Shown piece by piece: positions 15,401 through 30,400 of a stretch of 64,000 bases of DNA. Under the pieces are notes generated by a model. It had not been told where the DNA came from. It worked only from the letters and a program-made list of their open reading frames with translations, and made no database searches. This DNA comes from Phoronis australis. Its lineage: Eukaryota > Animalia > Phoronida. The stretch spans positions 1,287,282 through 1,351,281 of the forward strand of contig NMRA01000019.1 of NCBI GenBank assembly GCA_002633005.1, given 5' to 3'. How positions within the stretch are numbered: the stretch's first letter is position 1; every line of letters starts with the position of its first letter. The position numbers were made by a program, and so were the translations under genes.

Positions 15401-18400
15401 CAAAAAAGCATTATCAGAAGAATACTAAAAATATTACAATACTAACATTCACAAGAAAACAAAAAAGGAAAAGAAATGCAAACAACATTGAACCAGTGGA
15501 GACAACACAAGTAGCGCCACCTACCATCTGAACTAGATTCTATACCCTTTTTGGTTTCTTCACTGACAGGTGTACCAAGTATTGTGGTGATTGTAGACAC
15601 TGTCAAGTTGGCCTTCTCAATGAGCAGTGCACTAATTTTTCCTGGGAGCAGTGGTTGGGAGAAACCAACACCGGGGTTAGAGGTCAAACAAAGGTTACAA
15701 AAACTTGACTTGACAGATCACATTGGACTACACACAGAAATTGGATGACAATTTTTACCAATTGCACACAGTAACTTTTTCATTCACACAAAAGTTTGGA
15801 TGGATCACACAAAAAGTAAAACTATTTCCAAACGAAATGAATCGAACCATAACCATGTTAACAATGTGGCATAAGAAAAAATATTATGGAACAGCACCCC
15901 AACCACAAAATAAACGAATAAATTTTTGATAAATTTCCAACCAAAATACTCCCATACTCTATGAACCCCACGTCACCACTCAACCACTGTCTTATGGCCT
16001 CTCTAAACCATTCTGTACACCAAACCATACAATCTGATACACTATACACAGCCTCACCTTCAGGGTCTAACATACTGGTGTCAATGAACCTCTCAGGGTG
16101 CTCCACCAGCCCTGTACGGCGGACAGTCTGGATGGCAACCTTGACCTCACCGCTGGCATCCTACAAAATGAAACAAGAAAGCACGCCCATGGCGAATCCG
16201 TTTGCATCATTCTTCTTGTTAAACAAACACTACACACACACTCACTTTATTTCCGCCATCAACAACTAAACAACATGTAAAGATATTTCATGTGTTGATT
16301 AATATGACAATTAAAATTATGAATTTGAAAATGTAACCGTGTCAATATGAGTTTCATGTTTAATAACAATGATAATGACAATAATAATCACAGTAGGGGG
16401 AAGTAGTAATTACTACTACTGCTATTATTATTATTACTAATGAAGAAGTTGAAAATATATAAAGTCAAATAAAGGCATAAATTTGAAAAATTTAAAGAAA
16501 TTTTCAAGATTCTGCCATAAGTTGACAAATAACTACACTTCATTTTCTAAGTAAAAAGAATGCATCTCCCTGATATGAGTGTTTACATGTTACAATTAAC
16601 TAGATACTAATTTTGCTAAACTCAATTTAGTCAATGAAATATCGGAACAAAATTTGCGCCCATGCATGATATACCTTTACTGTGATTTATAATCTCCGCC
16701 AGTAATCCAGTGCAGCTTTTTATGCACTTGATTTTGATGAGTTACAAAAAACACTTCAAACAAAAACTATCATGATGCTTACCTTGGTAATGACGGCAGG
16801 GTGACTTGGCTTCTTGCTGTTGTAGACATTCCACATTAATGTTCGCTCCGCTGTTGGGTCGTCCCAAGTATAGAGAACAGACTGATTGGCTGACAACACT
16901 ATCACCTGACCTTGGTTCCTAAAAAACACATGAACGTTAAATAAAGATGCCTAGTATCCTAACTTGCAAATTTTCTGCATCGTTTTAACTTAACATGTGA
17001 TATCACACAAGATTTCACATCATTCTTGAAAAATTTTTCATAATTTGACAAAAGCTTCAAAAATGAGGTTTATGCCACTAGTGGAATTCAACAACTGTAG
17101 AAATATGGTGTTTAATATAATTCATTCCGTGAATGTGCAATGGTGGCGCACCAGTAAGGGACAAAATCAGAAAAACATAACTAGTAAAGAAAAACCACCT
17201 GAAGTACATGATATATGAATTCCAACTCTCATAAAATGTTCAACACAAAAAATGCTCACAAACTGATGTCACTGTTACAGTAAATCTTACCACTTTAGGA
17301 CACAATATGAAATTTTATTCCTTTATTTTTCATGACAGAGAAGTAGCTCCAACTAAATGTTTTGACATTTTAAAGTTCTGCACCATAGCTACCACCAGGC
17401 AATGTTTTGACAAACTGTGGTCATTCCTAGCAATGTTATAAGGCTTTTAAAAAAACGAAGAGACCTAAATTTTTTGAAAATGGTGAGATTTTACGGTATC
17501 AATGATTGTATCGTTTGTACAAAAAGCAAAAGAATGAAATTTAGAGCTAACATGAAAAAATACTCTTACTTTTGGTGTATCTTAATAAAGGCATCCTCGC
17601 ACAAATTCTCCACCCGTACAGGGGCGTCGCCTGGCTGATAGTCCTCAAATGTGACAGTGATTGACGACTCAGTACCGCCCGCAACAGCAACTGACAGAGC
17701 AGTCTGCAATGCAGCACAAGATTGATATTTATTGAAATATCACAGACTTTCAGGTTGAGATAACATATTTAAAAACAGCTATCTCTGCCGAATAAAGTGT
17801 ATGTTTATTATGCGATAATAATATCAATGACGCACTGATACATTAATTCTGAACAATATACTACAACAGGTTTAACGCATAAGAAATTACCCCCTTGTTC
17901 ATGCGTAGAATCGTGGAGTGTGATTTGTTTATGGGGAAGTGGCTTGAACATACAGCACTGTCAGCATACTTGACAAACATCTTCATGGAGTCTGTCAGGG
18001 GCCAGTAAGGCAGACACTGAAAGTACACAACTATTTAGAGTCAGTCTATTTCAGCTGTATAATGCAGTAGGTAAATAAAATGACATACCAGTCAACTCCT
18101 TCTGAGTTTAGAAATCATTGTAAGCATCAGTCAGGTACGCGTGGAGATCAAGTAGCCTCAGCATTAATGACATCAAAAACTGTCAAAAGACAGGAAATGG
18201 CTGGTTTGACATATTAACACCAGTGGGGTCTAATTTTGTCTGATCTCAAGTCAGTCCAAACACCAAGCACAACTCCCACAATATTGCCCAACATCAATTG
18301 TCTGCCCTGGCTTGTTATGAACTTTTACTTACAAACCACCATATTACATTATCTCCCCTGACTAACAGATCTCATCTGTCTCATCACCAGACAATTGCCT

Positions 18401-21400
18401 GGTCCTCCATAAAGAGTAACTCCAAAACATAACCACATTATCTCCCATGTTATATTACCTCCCCTGGCTTGATATGTAGCCACAGATCGTACACATCAGC
18501 GTTCTCATCTGTCTCCTCATCAGACACATATGGCTGCTCCTCCATAAACAGTAACTCCTGCTCAGTTTTGTTGATGACCAAGAAGAACGGACAGATGGTG
18601 ATGATCTTTGTCAACTGTTGTTTGGACATGACAATGTGAAGTAGAAACTGGAAAAGACAGTGTTATCTACAATTATCACTTGGTTATTTGCTTCAATAGG
18701 CAACAACAGGCTGCCAGTATAGAAAGATACTTTGAGCACTAGCGACCCCTGGAGACATTCACTGACAGATCTAGGATGTTGTGAGGGGACAACACAATCT
18801 CCACATGACAAACGGGTGCAGGACCCCTAAAATGGGACACCGGTGATGTTTTTGGCCATGTCTTCAGAGGCCTCTTCAAGACAATGCCACAAAGTCTTCA
18901 AGACCCCAAAATTTTGGACAGCTGCCTGTACTTGAAAAGAAATGTCTTGGTCGTACTGTGCTACTATGGCAGAGCAAAACTTCAACAGTAAGCGTTGCAG
19001 TTTGTAATCTCTCTTCAATTTTGGACAACAATAATTGCCAAAATAGAAGTTCCACATTTCCTAAAATTGATTATATTGTTGAAATGCCCAACATTTTACC
19101 AACAACAACAGCAATTATAATAGTTCTTAATAATACACCAAGTGTCAAGATTTTTTTCTCTTTTTGAGAAATATAATTTCAGAAGTATTTTTATATATTT
19201 ACCAAACTGAGGACCTGTATTAAAATTTAACATTAAAAAATTCTTGCACAAGATGCAAAATCTTTTTCTTGTTACCACTCTTAAAAGCAGTACTGATGAG
19301 GTTATTAAAGTTGCACAATTCATGTCAAAAACAAAAATTTTACACAACATTTCTTACCTGATATTTGGCCTTTCTCTCCTTGTTGTGACAAATCACAACA
19401 CCTGAACTACCCACAGTGTCTAGACAGAATGATGAGGACCATTTACCGGTATTGTACACACGCAGTTTGCACTGGAATAATCACCATGGAAACACCATGA
19501 GAACACAATGTCTACCCCGAGTACCACTGTTATATCAGCTTTAAATGAATGAGGAAACTAAAAGAAACTCTGATAAATCAATGACCAATCTATGAAAATT
19601 AAACTATTTTGTGTTTCAAAGCGTACCTTTTTCCTCTTGTGTTTCTTATACCTGAACAACACAGGGTCAGTGTAGGGATCACTACCGTTGCCAAACACAG
19701 CATCAGATCGAGAGCCCTGAAAAATGTACTAATGGCATAAACAAACTTAGGATCATAATGTTGCAGTTAGCTTATTAGCACATCAGATTCATTCCCAGAT
19801 TAAGAGTCTTTGACAGTTTCTAGAACAAATTAAGTTTTAAAAATGAATATTAAACTGTGTTACTTGATGCCTGTCACTGTAATAAGTGAATATCGTTTGT
19901 TGATGAATAATAAAGTACCACTGGTTGCCTAAGCTGATTGACTGACATGAGGTTGATCAATACACTGTTTTTAGCTGGTACTCACCCTGAACTCCAGGGG
20001 GAGACCCGTCTTGTTCACCAGCCAATAGGGAGAGTACACATGCAGATGAACTGTGTCTGACCTCACGGTGTGCATGCTAAGACTCAGCTGGCTGGATTCA
20101 AGCTCTGCCTCCTTGTCGGGCTCCATGGAGATGGCCTTGAACTCTTCTACCTCCTCAGTGAGCTCAATACTGCCAGACCAATTATCATCCATGTAGTCAA
20201 GCACCTAGGAAGGACAATATGAACAATTACAATGTACAAATAAAACTACAGTAAGAAAGATTAGCACTGTTTGACCCTATGTGGTTGCAAATCAAGTCTA
20301 ATCAGACTGACACTTATTTCTATTAAGCACTTCTATTTTGGACAAGACATGCAGTTTTCCAGTCCCAAGACTGGAGTTAATTTATAAAATGTGACAAAAC
20401 AGAATGTTCAGTCAAGAATTAGTCGTATATACAAAAAGTAACAAAACTGCGTAATAATTGAATGTGATTGTTCAAGTCTAGTACAGTTGTGTCAAGTCAA
20501 AGATGTCATGTAAACAGAGTACTACATAACCCGTGGTGAAGGCAGGACATCCAGAGTCCCAAGTCCAATTTTTTAATGTTTTCAAAACTAAGACTTATTA
20601 ACAGAGCACAGAAGCAATGCTCACTCACCTCTGAGCCAATATCACACAATGAATACAGTAAAGATCAACAATTTAGGAAACAAATATGAAAATTATTTTT
20701 TCATTTTTTTCCAAAAAAAATGAAGTGTGACAATTTTTCCTTTAAAATAAAGTGTGATAAATCAAATGAATGAATTATCGTTTTTAAGTTTTACATAAGG
20801 GTCAGGGTGGTCAGAATGCACCCGCGACTAACCCCATGTTACTGGTGGTCACTCATGAATAGAGCTTCCTCACAATAGTTTCAAAAGAGCTATTGTGAGT
20901 CAGCCACCACACCAGCTGGGGATTACCTGATTGCTGAACGATAAACCAGTGCTTGCAGAAAACGAGATTGTCATACTCACAAATTTAGCCCTTTATTCTT
21001 AATTTCATGTATACCATTAAAATTGTTGATCAAAAACATCTCTGCGTTCGAATGATGAAATTTGATGTACAACTTCCCGATTCATAAAAATATTGCACAC
21101 ACGAGAAGCTGTATATATTAATGCCCATGTGATGCGGTCCCATTCAGTTGACAAAAATGGTCGGTTAAAGCTCAAGAAAACTGAAAATATTATTCTGAAG
21201 ATACCTAAAACTTGATATGTTACTTTTTGTGTAACAGGGCCAAGAAACAGTTACTTATTTCGCATTTTATGGAATTAAGTGAGAAACTATTTTCTTGCCC
21301 ATTGACAACCGACTGTAGTGCGCAGACGACAAGTGACCATGCAACGCTCCACTTGGATTGCTACTAATTCTCACATGGCAACAGTGCAGAAGTGCGCACG

Positions 21401-24400
21401 TGCAAGCTTCACATGTTGGAGAGATTAACTACCGAATTCGCCCTAATAAGACCCCATTCCCCTATAAGCGCCCCCTAGCGTTTTCTGACTGCTAAAATAA
21501 GTGCCCAGAGCATGAAAGCCGCCGTACTTGCAAAAAAATGCCTTACCTACAGTTAAAATTGTATAGTAACGCCTTCAATTTATCCATAAGAATGTAAAGT
21601 CCTGAAAAAAATCATTGTGTGCAAAATTTGTAGACCACGAGCCTTGCCGCTATGTCGGTATTAGCCGTGAATATACACTCCAAACTTCCGCCGTGTTTTA
21701 AAAAGAACGCAAAAGTTTTGCTGATCTTGCGAGGGACTTGTTCAATTATGGTCTGGCCTTTCAGAGTGTACTTGTCAATGGGATTGTGGTATTACAGTTT
21801 CTTTCCCGCACAGATCTTCTCCCTCAACAGGAATCCAAATTTTTTGTATATGTGAAAACCGCGAATCGAAGACTAATAAAAACTTGACCTTAGTTAGAAG
21901 CACGTGGCCAAGAAGCGCACGCTACATACAAGTACCTGTCATCGAATATTAGTCTTCAGGAACTATCTATTCATGAAAGGGGTAGCATAGCATAGGCGAG
22001 AAATCAATACTGGCACTTATTTCCGAAAGTTTCTACTATCGTAAAAACGTTTGCCTTATTTTTATGAGGAATTACTAAATTAATCGGAATTGGGGTTTCT
22101 AAAGTCAAAATGACAAACTGATAGTGAAAACTTCCGCACCCTTACACCCCTGAATCTCCCGATCGTTACATCGCGTTCACTCTGGCAAATGAACTCTGAT
22201 GACACGCACGCGCTCCTTCACTCACACACGCAGAGGAACTTCAAATAAATATCACGTGACAACAACATGTGTGTTCGTCCAGAGATTTTCTCTCAGAAAA
22301 CGATCTAGCGCAGATATGGACTTAATATGGACTGAGTAAATTTCGACTCCACGGGAACTTAAAAATGTTAAGGACGCTATTTTGAAAACTTAAGGAGGAC
22401 TTCAGGTAATTAGTTGAGTCGAAACTATATTTCTACTCATGAATTCAAGTTAACCTATTGGCGATCGCGAGGCAGCGACACATCAGTCGGCGGGTTTTCG
22501 CACTTCAGCTAGGTAATTAGTCCTAACAAAAAGAGTATACCGGCTCGACTCTGCACGTTTAAGCTGCCGGTGCCAGTTTACGATTCCTCTGGCCCAATGC
22601 TCCTGGGAACCGCAGTGTTCTATCCCGATGTTTCCGTGGCTCGACATTCCCCAGGCCCGACGTTGCATAACCGTCAGTCAGCTGTTAGCGATCATTTTAC
22701 TCATCTCTTCATACACCCTCCCCCTTAGCTCCAATTTTCACTCCCCGGGTCGTCAGTCAACAACGTCGTAGATTTTTCAGACTCGAACTGTTAGAGAAAA
22801 CACCGTACTAATTAACTCAGTGCAATTGTTCTTCAAAATGCTATTTGTATTTTTAATGGCCCACTTTTGCACGTGGTTCGGTTTTAGTTGTGAAAAAGCC
22901 GCATAGACGAAAACAAAATGTTATGGGCGTTTTTTGAGATTTCATCTTGAAATGCTAATTTCTCTTAGTTCTGCCTGAAACATGGTCACAGTTAATAAGA
23001 GATTTGATATAAAGCTCAAACACGTATTCTACAGGATTTCTACTTTCAGAAAATGTATGCATTTATCCAGTTAAATTCTATATTCCTGTTCATATTTGGC
23101 TAAATTCTCGCACTTGTGGAAAAGGTCTTTCACAATTTCAGCTCCCAGCATAACAAGTCACTGAAAATAGTCCATTCTGGTTGAGAGTGCAAACCTCACT
23201 AAAACTGACTTATTGTTACCTGGTAGGGTATATTGTAAACACACTCACAATAGCTTGGGGGAGGTCTTTTGTGTTGTGCTTATTCACATTCTGAATAGAA
23301 GTAGATCTAAGTATTGCTAAATAAGATAATTACCCCAACCAAAACCTCTGAACACCTGCCCAGTATGATCCCATCCCCATAACATACAATGCTATGCAAA
23401 AAAATGGCCATTTACAAAACATTAGAAGCCTTTGACATAGCAAAAACTTAAGATCAATTTTGGTGATTAATGGTCTCCAAACCTGGTGAAATTTCACCTT
23501 AGCTTAAAAATTAAATTACTCTACACAACCCAGACACAATGGCCCAGTTGACATGGCAAACTCAAAGAACCACAAATTCCCAGGCTGTTTACAGCTCATT
23601 GCTCTTAAAAAGTATAGATTAGTAAATGCGTGAAGCAATGAATAATTATTTTAGAGATCTATAACCACTCGTTTTACCTGAAGTGTTAGTTTTGGATTCT
23701 TATAAACATCAGCACCATAGAGAGGGGACTGTTCACCACAAGCTAGGGTCTGGAGAATAGCGCCCTGAAATAAGCACATACAATCATTAAACTTTCCACA
23801 ATCACAAAATTCATTGCTTCACAATCAGGTAATGATTAGAATTTCCAAATGATAATAAAATAAACACAGTGAGCTTCCCATTGCAACATGAAAAACTTAC
23901 CTCATGAGAGAAGTGAAGATCATATGGTAGATAGTTGTGTAGCACCACCGGTGGATGGATATGGATTGATATGCTGGAGTAAGGCTTTAGGTTGTGAGCC
24001 GATGACACACTAGTCTCCTTGTAAACCACCTATGGACCAAGGAGACTACAGTCAGTCAAAAAAGGACAGTTCACACATCTGTAATGTTTTGAATATGCTC
24101 AGAAAGGATGAAATCATGATCAGGAAACTTTTCAAGAATACGTCACGTACTATGGTCACTCAATCTTGTCCTATGGTCACCCAATCTTGTCATATGGTTA
24201 CTCAACAGTGTTAAATGAATCATATCAGGATATTACATCTCTGTGTCAAACACAGAGAGTTGCAGCATATATAATTGTCTGGCAAAGAAGATGACAATAC
24301 TTGACTTTCTTCGGAATGGGCCCTTTTGAGGAGCCTGTCAAGATAATCCTATTCAGCTCGAGAACAGCGAATACTTAAGTGAAATCCGGCAACCAACCTT

Positions 24401-27400
24401 GAAGTTAAATATTTTATCAGGGTTATCCAAGGCCAGGCTCACAAACATCCTGTCCTTTGTCTTGAGTGATCCCAGCTCCTGACACCAGATGGCATCCACA
24501 GCTCGTAAGAAGCTGGAGTGAAAAGAGAAATCAAAATGTATAATGAGAGTGCGTAGAAGTGTGAAAACTTATATACAAAGAAATTCATTCACAGTGGTCA
24601 TCAATATCACCGGGAATTTCCACAGATAAACCCATGGGCGTGTATTCAGTAAATGGAAATTTTCAGGCGTTTTAGCAACATCAAATAATGCCTGGGCGTT
24701 TATTCGGAAAAAGGGGCATGTAAACGGAAAGCCATAGTTTTGCTTGACTGCGCTTTTAAAGTTCGCCAACACCTCATTCATTTTTATAAATGATAAATGC
24801 TCCACAAAACTAAATTTGTGACAAAAAGTTGACGCTAAGTGGGCTTTTAAGGGGAAAATTTCCAAATAAACGTCCCACTGTCTGGACACTTGACACCACA
24901 AGTTGTAACACCAAATAAACGCCCTTGGGTGTGTATTTGGCATAATTCTTTGAATAAATGCCCATGGGTATTTCATCAGGTGGGCTTATCTACGGAAAAC
25001 CCTGAACTGGTAATATCTGGTATTCAAGGAAGTGTAGGTTATGTATGAGATCAGCACTTTAGGAAATGTGGAATGTGTTAAAAAGTTCGCATGGTGTGCA
25101 AAACAATAACTTTGACCATTTTGTGAAGCTTAACAGGATAACTGGATGCAATTTTCACAACCTCATAAGTGGGCAACAAATTAACATCGAGGCACTAATT
25201 TCTGCCATGCCCAATTCTATTTACAGTATATGACACATTCGGCAAAATGACCCGGAATTCGTCGTCATGATGGCTGGACGGAAGCCAGATACATCGTTAT
25301 AATAGCCTAAAGTCATGGCGTGGAATGAACCAGAGAGTGAGTAAGGTGGAAATGCTATTCATTGAAAATTGCTGCAATGACAGTTTATTGTGTGTCATTT
25401 TAGATAAAAACCTTCATGACGGAGAAAAGGTGTTTTGTCAGATTACTATTGGAATGTAGTGTGAATCATATTGTACGGTGACAAGGATACAGTGGGCATG
25501 ATTCATCACACTTGCATTTCAGTATAATCCCACTGGACTGACCTGCTTTCTGCAGGACGCAGATACAACTTGCAGTGATAAGCAACTAGGAGTGGTACAT
25601 CATAGGTATCCCCTGACTCCAGCACTGACAGCCTCGAGAATCCCTCACCAGAGGGCAGGCTGCTTGCAAACCCAGATACATGTTGGTTGAGCTCTTCAGT
25701 TTTAGCATAGACCTCCACGGGCAGGCTAAGATGGTTATAGACCTGCAACAGTCAGAATCAACCTTGAGCTTAAGTCTTAGATCCTTAACCCTAAATTCTG
25801 TGTCCTGCTTCAACACTGCTTTCACATTGGGTGGTTCAAACTTTCACAACCTTATTTACTGACAGATTTCAGCAAATTAACATCAAAACCTAATTAATGT
25901 AATTGGAAGTCAAGGTGTCTGATGCTTAGTTGGAATAGCCAGGGGGGCACATCATTGTATTGCCACTCAATAGATGTTTACCTGGAATTAACCACCACAT
26001 AACGTAGAATTGTTGTGAGGACTTGACAGGGACCTCAGGGGTCTCACACTCCACAGATTTATCCACATTATTTTGAAAGCGCTTTGTCCAGTCACTCATC
26101 GTGTGTCATAAAAGAGATAAGCATACCTGCAGCTGACGCAGCAAGTAGAACTACTCTTGTTTATCACATTGGTGTAGACTTACAGTTGAACTGTGGTTTT
26201 GTGTTGACCCCAGACCGTCCTGAGTTGCGCCATATACCAACTCCGGACGGTCTCTCATGACGATTTAACGTTATGAGTTAAACCAGGCAGGTTCTTGTAT
26301 AATCTGTTAGGTTTAAATGTCTAAGGGCTACAAGCTGTAAACAGCAGGATTCTTTTAACTGCGCTTCAAGTGCCTGATTCAGCAGCAACATAAAATCTAT
26401 TGGCTACTGTCTCGATACAATACCTGCAGAGGAGACCTGAATGTAACAACAGTTTGTCCAGACTCTCTGTTCACTTGGTACACTACGCAGTAAACGCTGT
26501 CATCCTGTAAGTAGACATGAATAGAATAGACCCTTCACTGTATTTCTGTGTTCATGATGTGACATTAAAACACTGTCTTTCTTTAGGAGTGATTAGTCAC
26601 TTTTTAATGTCAAATTACATTGATCACGAGTAATGTTTTCTCACTCGTCCACAATGCTAAGAAAGAACATTATCAAAATAACAAATCTAACACCTAACCT
26701 TCTTAGGAGACAGAGGGGTGTAGAAGGTGCCCTCTTTCTTATAAGGTAGTTGGAACAAAGCGTCGAACTGGTCCACCTGAAATTAAAGTTGAAATTCATT
26801 AACAGCACAACACAAAAGCACAATATGTATGGCACATGTAGACGCAAGCAGAAATAACTATATGTATGGCACATGTGGACACAGGCAGAAATAACTATAT
26901 GTATGGTACATGTAGACGCAGGCAGAAATAACTATATGTATGGCACATATAGACACAGGCAGAAATAACTATATGTACGGTACATGCAGGCAGAAATAAC
27001 TATATGTACGGTACATGCAGGCAAAAATAACTATATGTACCGTACATGCAGGCAGAAATAACTATATGTACGGTACATGTAGACACAGGGAGAAATACCT
27101 ATATGTATGGTACATGTAGACACAGGCAGAAATAACTAGTATGAAAATGATATGAGAAACAAGGTGATTTACAGATAAGAAGATTAATCTAAGTCCTCAC
27201 AGGATTGCTGAATGTACAAACATCAACATTAACATGAACAAACGACGTTGATTTTTTCAAATTTATTTATGAGGCGCTGTTTATGCAGACCAGACATACG
27301 CCTATGTGGCCTAATATAAGCTCAACTTACCTGAATGTTCATTTTGTCTTTCTCTGCGGTGACCTGAACAGGTTCAAACACATCATCCTGTGCTCCTGCC

Positions 27401-30400
27401 GTGGGAACAATCACACTCACTGTTGTCCTGGCAATTCTTGACAGAGTCCTCTGTAGGAAGCTAAGACTATCTGGTTCATCACTGAAGAAGAAACGTGTAT
27501 AGTTCGGTAGCAGCAAAGATTGTGGAATCCCTATTGATCAGTTTCAAAAAAAACTGTGTTGAATGAGCAGCTCATAGGTGTGTACCGCACACTGGCCGTT
27601 TCGTTAGGCTTGTGAGCTTCCTACCATGTGATATACATTCACACTCTCTGCTTGTATGCCCCTCTTTCTGCTGTCACGTGTATTTACTGTTTATTTCCCT
27701 TCGGATATGTTCATTTCATTTATTGCCTGATGACGAGACATGCGGTCTCCAAATTAAAATAGCTAGTGTCTTATTTCTTTGTCTGTTATATCTCTCGGTG
27801 TTTTGCTACATGGTTGCCCAATTGAAGAAAGGAGATTGTTTAGAGACTCAAAGAGCGAGTCTGTAATAAGCTGTCAAACAAAAAGTACAGTCGTGTCTTC
27901 AACGAAGTTTGAGAAGAACAAATTCCAGAATATTACTTAAACCAAACAGATAACACCTAGGAACTAAATCTTAAACATGCTTTCGTCTATGACAACAAAA
28001 CATTGACAGACTAAACTAATGTTTATCAACATGATTATATTCTCAGTACACTGTCAACTTTAAAGGAAACTAGTTCTGGTGTCCAAAACCCCTAAACATC
28101 CCAGTCTCTGATCAACCACAAAGACAAAATTAGTGTTAGTAGTTGCAGTAGGATAACAACTGATGTAGCCACAAGTATTCAAAAGGAGGAGGCAAACACG
28201 ATATTGTTGGCAACTCACAGGGGAAGGGGGTCTGGATGGCCAATCACAAATTGGAAACAAGTTTCGACCAGGAGGAGGACTTTTTGCAATGAATAGGGTC
28301 ATGGCCACATCGTGTCTCCTAGTGTGGCTTCTCCAGCGAGCTAACATCTTGCACATTAAAGCTGAATCCATATCATTGGAGTACACCAGTTACCTTGACA
28401 TTACAGACTTTCCCATCTATTGGTTGGTTGGCTTACTAAGTGATTCAGTCCAGCTGACAGAGTTCCTTCTCTGGCTTATAGAACAGCTATTTGATGTAAA
28501 ATACTCCAACTTGCAGACACTTGGCCCGGGAAAACCAAACCCATTACTTCACACTAGACGAAAATTGACCAATCACAGTGTGTGAAGTTTGAAAGTTTAC
28601 TGTCTGGTAGTATGCCATATGATTGGCCAATTTCCAGTCAAGTCTCGTATTGGTGACACTCAGACCCTGGTTTACATGAGATACAAGACAAAGTCATGAT
28701 CCCCCAACAAAGTAACCCCCCGTCCTAACATAAACGTCTTACACATCAGACTCAGTATCCTCTTCTTCATCTAAACTGTCCTCTGGTCCGGACTCCAGCC
28801 AACTGCGGTCATCAGTCAAACTGGGTACCAGCACACAGTTGTACAGGCTGTTGTCGTTTACCTGCAAATAGGTGGTTTTGATCAAATGTAGAAGCATAAT
28901 TGTCAAAAATGACATGTTTTGCGCGCCTTTCATCTGTCAGCCTTAATAATTCACTTATTATAATAATTAGTTTCCCAGTTTCATGGATCACAGTAGAACA
29001 TTTAGACAAATTGTACAGACGTGCTTCAGAGGTTAGGCTCACTTTTGTGTTTTTATTCAGGCACAACTTGAGGTTGACTCCCAGCTGGTTGTGAAACTCC
29101 ATCTGTGGCAGGTTAGCAACACATCTCAGGGTGTTGGTCGGCTCACGACTCATGGCCTGTGAAATAACAGTACACAGAAATTATAGTTAAATTAAGTCAC
29201 CTGGCACTGAGTGTAGGACCACTTCATGCAACAGTCCTTGAACAAAATCCTTATAGGGACTTCCCTAACTAGTTTGGGAACTTGGTTAAGTCCCTAATTA
29301 GGGACTGTTTCATGCAACCAGGCAGTGCCCATTTTTCAGGAAATATGTTTAACTGTAGCTAGCACTTGATTCCATAACATAATTTAGATATTAGTTGACA
29401 GACACGTTTTCTAAAAAAATTAAACGCAAACAATTAATTGGACTTCAAACAAAAATCAACTGTAGATTTAAATTATGACAACTAGATTGAAACAGAATAA
29501 TACATAAAACATGAAAACAAACAAACTGGTTTACTTAGCTAATGTGTATTACATTAATTGTATTTGCCTGTTCCTAACTGTGATAATATATAGCAGGAAC
29601 TATTTACAAGAGCAACGCAGAGCGTTGAAATGCGCCCACAATTGCACCGTATATGGTATCCTTCTAGGGTTGTTCATTGGTACCATAAAGTGGCCAGTAG
29701 AGGGCATACCGTATATGTAGTATGTTGTACTTTGCAAAATGGAAAGGCATGGTCATTGTCTCCTCAATAGGCTACGGGCAAAATGTGAGTGATCTTCATA
29801 ATACAAGCACATCCTATACATTAGATGCTTAAAGCACCACAGAAACATACCGTAATCGTTCGGGTTAACGCCCATGCTCAGTTAACCGCCCATCCCCGAC
29901 TTTCAGTGGATTTTCGATTTAACCGCCCACTGCTCGGTTAACCGCCCCCCCTGCGATTTTTGAAGATTTCAAGTTAAACGCCCACCTCTCGGTTCAACGC
30001 CCCTCCCCGACTTTTAAAGAATGAAGATTTAGCGCCTAGTGCTAAGGAAATGCGAGATTACCCGACTTTTAGAAAAAGATCGATGATCACAACGAGTGCA
30101 ACGACGTCGGGACTCCGAGACAGTGGTTTAGCAATCTGAATTACAATACAGGTAACGAGTTATTGTCTTGGGTCATGAACTCACTTCAAAATATAATACT
30201 TGAACCTTTTTGTCACTTTATTTTCTTCCCTTGTTTGCTAAATTTAAGAAACAATGCTGCCGGCGTCAAAACCTCCGCTTTCAGCGACTTTGTCTGCCGC
30301 GCTGAGTTTCCATCTGCAGTGCACTAGATAAAACATATATTCGAAAAAATCAGGCCAGAGAAATGTGACAATGGTTTTGCCAATCCTACAAATTCTATTA

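Noticed and set aside
15510-15530. CTCF-like AGGTGGCGCTA overlapping the cassette-exon donor
   Set aside because: Lacks the CC half of the core; may be chance.
26823-27137. 37-bp array as a CRISPR array
   Set aside because: Head-to-tail units without unique spacers, no cas genes, eukaryotic intron.
28394-28490. Possible extra exon in the duplicated block
   Set aside because: Stops in all three minus-strand frames.
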